A DNA stretch of 58,867 bases from an uncultured virus (IMG/VR IMGVR_UViG_3300035145_003630) (Duplodnaviria; Heunggongvirae; Uroviricota; Caudoviricetes). The notes beneath the pieces are model-generated. The model was not told where the DNA came from. It searched no databases and saw only the letters and a program-made list of their open reading frames with translations. How positions within the stretch are numbered: position 1 is the first letter of the stretch; each line of letters begins with the position of its first letter. The position numbers were made by a program, and so were the translations under genes. This document shows, piece by piece, positions 54,359-58,867 of this stretch. The stretch lies in the IMG/VR virus record IMGVR_UViG_3300035145_003630. One strand, 5' to 3'.

Positions 54359-56998
54359 TTAACCAACTAAACCACCCTTGAAGTAGATAGCCGTTGACGT
54401 GTTATCCAATCTAAATTCCTGACTTGGGTTAGTAGTGTAAATTCTGTAAGTACCGTTTAAGAACCCTGCAGGGTTAACGACTGTAAATCCTGTGTAAGAA
54501 ACCTCCATAACTTTAGCACTTAAATTATTTGCCCCTTGACCGAAAGAAACTTCAATTTCAAGTTGTCTGTTACCACTTGATGTACCACCAATTGAGTCAT
54601 CAGGGATTAACCATGTGTACCATGCATTACCATTGACAGTACCTGAACGGATTTCAGTAGTCTCAAATTTGTAGATTTCAATCGCATTACCGAATGAGTC
54701 ATTACCACCTGATGCTTGTGGGATGTTAGATGACTTAATAGCCGGTACATTACCTGTTCCCGCATTTAGGTTGAAGTAATCTACGTAATCCGCTAAGTCA
54801 GCATCACTTGTTGGGGTGCTTGAGTTACTAAATCCATACCACGACGCACCTTGGTTAAACATGTAAGTTCCTATGTTTGCCGCATCAGCATCCATCTCAA
54901 TCAATAAGTAAGCTGGTGGTGTTGCCGCACTTGACGGAGTCACCGTCGGAGTTTTAGTTGGCGTTGGAGTAAATGACACTGATGGTGTCACTGAAGCAGT
55001 TACCGAAGGTGTCGGTGTGAATGACACTGATGGAGTTACTGACGGTGTTGGTGTATTAGTTGGTGTTGGAGTAGTTGTTGACGTGTTTGAAGGAGTAACC
55101 GTGTTAGTCGGTGTAGTTGTCGGTGTAGAAGCCGGTGTTCCTGTTGGTGTTGATGTATTAGTTGCTTGTGGAGTCGGTGTAGGACCAGGTGTTGAAGATA
55201 CACTAACCGAAGGAGTGATTGACGGTGTAACCGTTGATGTTGGAGTAACGGTAGGTTGTGGTGTCGGAGTAACATCTGGCGTTGATGATGGAGTTACCGA
55301 CGCCGTCACCGATGGTGTTGGTGTATTTGTTGACGTTACTGTAGGTGTAACACTTGCACTTACCGATTGAGTCGGTGTGTTTGTAGGTGTTACTGAAGAT
55401 GTCGGTGTGTTTGTTGGTGTTCTTGTCGGTGTGACCGTTGGGGTTACTGATGAAGTTACCGACGGTGTTGGAGTAAACGAAGCGGTAACTGTCGGTGTTA
55501 CACTCGCTGTTGGAGTGTTCGTTGGTGTTGAACCAGGAGTTCCTGATGGAGTCACTGATGCCGTCACAGTAGCTGTTGGCGTATTTGTTGGTGTTACTGA
55601 AGAAGTTATAGAAGGAGTCACCGACGGTGTTACTGTATTTGTCGGCGTACTTGTAGGTGTTGAACCAGGAGTTCCTGATGGAGTCACTGATGCAGTAACG
55701 GACGGAGTAACCGTACTTGTTGGTGTTGTTGATGGAGTCGTAGTAACAGTAACCTGTGGCGTACTTGAAGGAGTAACTGTTGGAGTTACTGAAGAAGTCA
55801 CCGATGGTGTTACTGATGCAGTTGGTGTATTTGTTGGTGTCACCGCTGGCGTAGAAGATACTGTTGGTGTAGGAGTTGCACTTGATTGAGGTGTTGAAGA
55901 TACCGAAGCAGTTACTGTTTGTGTTGGCGTTGTCGTCGGAGTCGCTGTTGGTGTTGATGTTGACGTTACAGTTGGAGTTACTGTTGATTGAGGCGTCTGT
56001 GTTGGAGTCGCAGTATTTGAAGGGGTTACCGTAGCTGTATTTGTTGGAGTATTCGTAGGAGTCACAGTATTTGTTGCTGTTGGTGTTTGACTTACACCTG
56101 GTGTGTCTGATACCGAAACCGTAGGTGTATTTGTTGGTGTTATAGATGGAGTTACAGAAGCAGTTGGAGTAACTGTAGACTGTGGTGTAGATGTTGGAGT
56201 AGAAGTAACTGTAGGTGTCGCCGTTTGACTTACACCTGGCGTATTTGAAACAGAAACTGATGGCGTCGGAGTTACCGTAACACCTGTAAATGTTGAAGAT
56301 GGGGTTACTGATGGCGTAACCGTGGCAGTAACCGTTGGGGTAACACCCGTCAACGTTTGTGTTGGAGTTGGAGTTGCAGTCAACCCAATAGATGGGGTTG
56401 GCGTCAAAGTTGCAGTTGGAGTTGGAGACGGAGTACCTGAGAATTGGTAATCTTCACTCACAGTAAATTTATCACCAGCAGGTACACCATTAAACGTAAA
56501 TCCACTAAAGATAATATTACCTCTATCAATCAACTCATAGTTTTCAGATGTAGCAGACAACGCAGTACTCGCCGATAACGCACCAACAGGAACATTAATA
56601 GTAGGTGTAAACGTAATGTAACCACCCGTAGTCTTACCAACTAAGTTAGTAAAGGCAACAGCCAAATTAGAAGTTTGTCTTACATTAGAAACTACATTAT
56701 ATCTCGCAATAACAGAACCTGGCTCATACTCAGCGGAAATCTCAATAACCTCTGTTGTACCATATATGATAATCTGTTTAGTTACGGTTTGGTCACTACA
56801 ACCTGGCTGATTGTTTTCAAATGTTAAAGTGTACTGTGTACCACCTGTCGTGGCAGGGAAATCATAGACAACACCCGCAACCAATTGGTCACGAGTTTGG
56901 TTTGTCAAAATTGGTGTTCCTGTGGTGGAACCTGTATATATACTGAAGGGTCCAACTGCGTTGGTTCCCAATGTTAATCTTAAAACAACCTGAGCCAT
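54359..56998 (-). CDS. mucin-like Thr/Pro/Ser-rich protein with N- and C-terminal globular domains
   Basis: About 500-residue TPT tract between beta-rich termini. Preceded by TATTTAT. Confidence 0.88.
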   Translation of the reverse strand: MAQVVLRLTLGTNAVGPFSIYTGSTTGTPILTNQTRDQLVAGVVYDFPATTGGTQYTLTFENNQPGCSDQTVTKQIIIYGTTEVIEISAEYEPGSVIARYNVVSNVRQTSNLAVAFTNLVGKTTGGYITFTPTINVPVGALSASTALSATSENYELIDRGNIIFSGFTFNGVPAGDKFTVSEDYQFSGTPSPTPTATLTPTPSIGLTATPTPTQTLTGVTPTVTATVTPSVTPSSTFTGVTVTPTPSVSVSNTPGVSQTATPTVTSTPTSTPQSTVTPTASVTPSITPTNTPTVSVSDTPGVSQTPTATNTVTPTNTPTNTATVTPSNTATPTQTPQSTVTPTVTSTSTPTATPTTTPTQTVTASVSSTPQSSATPTPTVSSTPAVTPTNTPTASVTPSVTSSVTPTVTPSSTPQVTVTTTPSTTPTSTVTPSVTASVTPSGTPGSTPTSTPTNTVTPSVTPSITSSVTPTNTPTATVTASVTPSGTPGSTPTNTPTASVTPTVTASFTPTPSVTSSVTPTVTPTRTPTNTPTSSVTPTNTPTQSVSASVTPTVTSTNTPTPSVTASVTPSSTPDVTPTPQPTVTPTSTVTPSITPSVSVSSTPGPTPTPQATNTSTPTGTPASTPTTTPTNTVTPSNTSTTTPTPTNTPTPSVTPSVSFTPTPSVTASVTPSVSFTPTPTKTPTVTPSSAATPPAYLLIEMDADAANIGTYMFNQGASWYGFSNSSTPTSDADLADYVDYFNLNAGTGNVPAIKSSNIPQASGGNDSFGNAIEIYKFETTEIRSGTVNGNAWYTWLIPDDSIGGTSSGNRQLEIEVSFGQGANNLSAKVMEVSYTGFTVVNPAGFLNGTYRIYTTNPSQEFRLDNTSTAIYFKGGLVG

Positions 56999-57013
56999 CT
57001 AATAGTTTTAATA

Positions 57014-57020
57014 ATAAATA
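57014..57020 (-). promoter_or_regulatory. TATTTAT putative late promoter (other copies: 66-72, 4514-4520, 10285-10291, 27490-27496, 39994-40000, 49705-49711, 54348-54354 on -; 11711-11717, 46672-46678 on +)
   Basis: Recurs on the coding strand in intergenic DNA just upstream of the first gene of putative structural units. Confidence 0.7.
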
Positions 57021-57083
57021 GTTTATATTCTATAAATTACACTTGTAATCCCTTTACTTTTTATATTCTTTTTTTTTCATCTA

Positions 57084-57110
57084 ATAAAAAACCCCTCCGT
57101 AGAGGGGTTT
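57084..57110 (-). terminator. intrinsic terminator
   Basis: On the minus strand, AAACCCCTC-TACG-GAGGGGTTTTTT (cUACGg tetraloop plus U-tract), downstream of the stop at 57136. Confidence 0.85.
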
Positions 57111-57135
57111 GATAATCTATATAGTTTTAATCACA

Positions 57136-58866
57136 TTAAAGTGGGTTAGGTGTGAATGAATAGTTAATTGTAATATTACTACTTCCCAACGTAAACGTTT
57201 CAGAATCAGACGCAGTTCCATCACTAACACCTACTATACTCGGAACACTTTGTCCTGAAACTGAACCATTAGCTTGTACTGAACCATAAATTTGACATCC
57301 TGAACCTCCCACAAATAACGCTTCAATGTCATATGTAATGGAATCACCTGGAGACGCATAAATTGTATCAGTTGAATCATTACCATTACCCAACGCACTA
57401 TACGATGATTCAAGTACACCGTTCACATAAACATCTGCACCACCACGAGCACATGTATCACTGTTGTAATTAATAGTAATGGCTATCGTAGATGGTGTCT
57501 GCGTTGGAGTTGGTGATGGAGGTATTGGTGATGACGTCGGTGTTGGCGTAACACAAGATGTCTCAGAAAGTAGTTGTGCAACTGCAGATGCACTTGTAAC
57601 ACCAATAACTGTCGCTTTGTGACCAACATACCCAGAACCTGAGATATCATACGTTAAACCGACCACACCTGTACCTTCAGCCACGAAGTTAGCCGTTACA
57701 CCATCACAGTCACTCATAATAAAGTTTTCCTCAGGTGCACATCCCGTTCCACATGCGTTTACTTGTGTAATACTTCCTTGAGTACCACTCGTAAGTTGAA
57801 TCGAACCTTCTCTGAGACATACTGTTTGAGTAGAATCATTTGGTTGTACTGTGAAATTAGGAACAACTGTTCCATCACATTGAGTATATGTATATGTCGC
57901 ACCTCCGAGACCAACTTGACTTATTTCATACGTATAACAAGCCGGACAACTTGGTGTCGGTGTCACCGGTGGAGTATTAGAAGGCGTAACCGGTAGACTA
58001 TTAGATGGTGTAATCGTTTGTGTCGGTGTTATATCAGGACTAACTGGTGGACTAACTGGTGGTGTATTCGAAGGAGTTGCTGTTTGTGTTGGTGTTGGTA
58101 GTGGGGACGAACAAGGGTGAGAACTCTGACACACATTACAGTCATCAGGTTCTGTATACCATTCTGTAATTGTGAATTCTGTTGGCTCTTCAGGACCTAA
58201 TTGAGATATATTAGTAATTAAATGACATGCATCACCCTCACCTAAATTAATTACAATAACATCATTAGGTTGTAGGGTTCCTCCGATTGCAACATTGAAT
58301 TCACCAACAGGTTCAGTACTACAACAGTCATCTATATTGACTCTATATTTGTTAATAACCGTTGATGGTGTTACTGTTGGCGTTGGTGTTTGACTCACAC
58401 CTGGCGTATCTGATACCGAAACCGTAGGTGTTACTGTAGCAGTATTAGTTGGAGTATTAGTTGGAGTATTGGTTGGTGTTTCTGTTGGAGTGTTAGTCGG
58501 TGTCTCTGTTGGAGTATTAGTCGGTGTCTGTGTTGGAGTATTGGTCGGTGTCTCTGTTGGAGTATTAGTTGGTGAAACAGATACTGTTGGTGTTGGTGTT
58601 GAACTTACACCAGGAGTGTCAGATACAGAAACAGTAGGAGTAACCGTTGCGGTATTAGTCGGAGTGACTGTTGACTGTGGTGTCCCTGTTGGTGTAGACG
58701 TTGGGGTTGGGGTTGCCGTTCCACTTACACCAGGAGTACTCGAAACAGATACTGTCGGTGTTACGGTAGACTGAGGAGTACCTGTTGGAGTCGCAGTTAC
58801 CGTAGCAGTTGGCGTTGGTGTTGCACCTGTAAAGTTGACAGTATCTTCCGAAGAACACGGAGAGTC
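57136..58866 (-). CDS. mucin-like Thr/Pro-rich protein with Cys-rich modules (5' end outside the window)
   Basis: The frame of the 57136..58398 ORF stays open to the window edge (...[20 protein letters not shown]...), so GTG 58398 is internal. Confidence 0.85.
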   Translation of the reverse strand, partial: DSPCSSEDTVNFTGATPTPTATVTATPTGTPQSTVTPTVSVSSTPGVSGTATPTPTSTPTGTPQSTVTPTNTATVTPTVSVSDTPGVSSTPTPTVSVSPTNTPTETPTNTPTQTPTNTPTETPTNTPTETPTNTPTNTPTNTATVTPTVSVSDTPGVSQTPTPTVTPSTVINKYRVNIDDCCSTEPVGEFNVAIGGTLQPNDVIVINLGEGDACHLITNISQLGPEEPTEFTITEWYTEPDDCNVCQSSHPCSSPLPTPTQTATPSNTPPVSPPVSPDITPTQTITPSNSLPVTPSNTPPVTPTPSCPACYTYEISQVGLGGATYTYTQCDGTVVPNFTVQPNDSTQTVCLREGSIQLTSGTQGSITQVNACGTGCAPEENFIMSDCDGVTANFVAEGTGVVGLTYDISGSGYVGHKATVIGVTSASAVAQLLSETSCVTPTPTSSPIPPSPTPTQTPSTIAITINYNSDTCARGGADVYVNGVLESSYSALGNGNDSTDTIYASPGDSITYDIEALFVGGSGCQIYGSVQANGSVSGQSVPSIVGVSDGTASDSETFTLGSSNITINYSFTPNPL

Positions 58867-58867
58867 A

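Noticed and set aside
32464..58774. Many plus-strand V/G/T-rich ORFs (e.g. 36121-36636, 38203-39054, 55377-55889, 58469-58774)
   Set aside because: They are antisense shadows of Thr/Pro codon repeats, whose reverse complements seldom give stops. They have no promoters or protein-like complexity.
58655..58858. 67-aa Cys/Asn-rich minus-strand ORF
   Set aside because: It is an alternative frame inside the Thr/Pro gene, whose true frame is open to the window edge.
1..58867. Stop-codon reassignment as in Lak or crAss-like phages
   Set aside because: Coding density is high in the standard code. TAA, TGA and TAG all end genes at sensible, often coupled, positions.
46908..58867. Diversity-generating retroelement or invertase system acting on the fibre genes
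   Set aside because: I saw no reverse transcriptase, recombinase, adenine-specific TR/VR pair or inverted cassettes in the window.
1..58867. tRNA, rRNA or large structured ncRNA genes
   Set aside because: Intergenic gaps are short and AT-rich, and I recognised no cloverleaf or T-loop signature. A tRNAscan/Infernal run would be needed to be certain.

Overview
This is an AT-rich, densely coded segment read in the standard genetic code, almost entirely on the minus strand. It looks like part of a very large (jumbo/huge) dsDNA phage, most likely infecting Bacteroidota. Host evidence: TAnnTTTG promoters, a Bacteroidota-type SigA, an Hc1-like protein, SprB repeats and few SD-like sites. Left part (1-25 kb): DnaJ, Hc1-like protein, acidic putative head proteins, a putative lysis cassette, a sigma-70 factor, an EF-hand protein, a split type IIG-like restriction-modification enzyme, dCMP deaminase, SbcC/SbcD, two PLOD-like 2OG-Fe(II) dioxygenases, a PD-(D/E)xK nuclease, primase and RuvC. 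Right part (25-59 kb): a structural region. It holds several Thr/Pro/Ser mucin-like proteins, one of them 2512 aa with an N-terminal Hint domain. It also holds a trypsin-like protease, three mosaic tail-fibre-like proteins and a five-gene glycan-modification operon (GT60-like GlcNAc transferase, NodU-like carbamoyltransferase, HtrL-like protein, methyltransferase, FkbM-HtrL-GT fusion). The leading hypothesis is a phage-encoded, eukaryote-like mucin-type O-glycosylation and processing system that builds a virion glycocalyx. A late-promoter-like motif, TATTTAT, precedes the structural operons. All family assignments come from motif recognition by eye. No searches were run.
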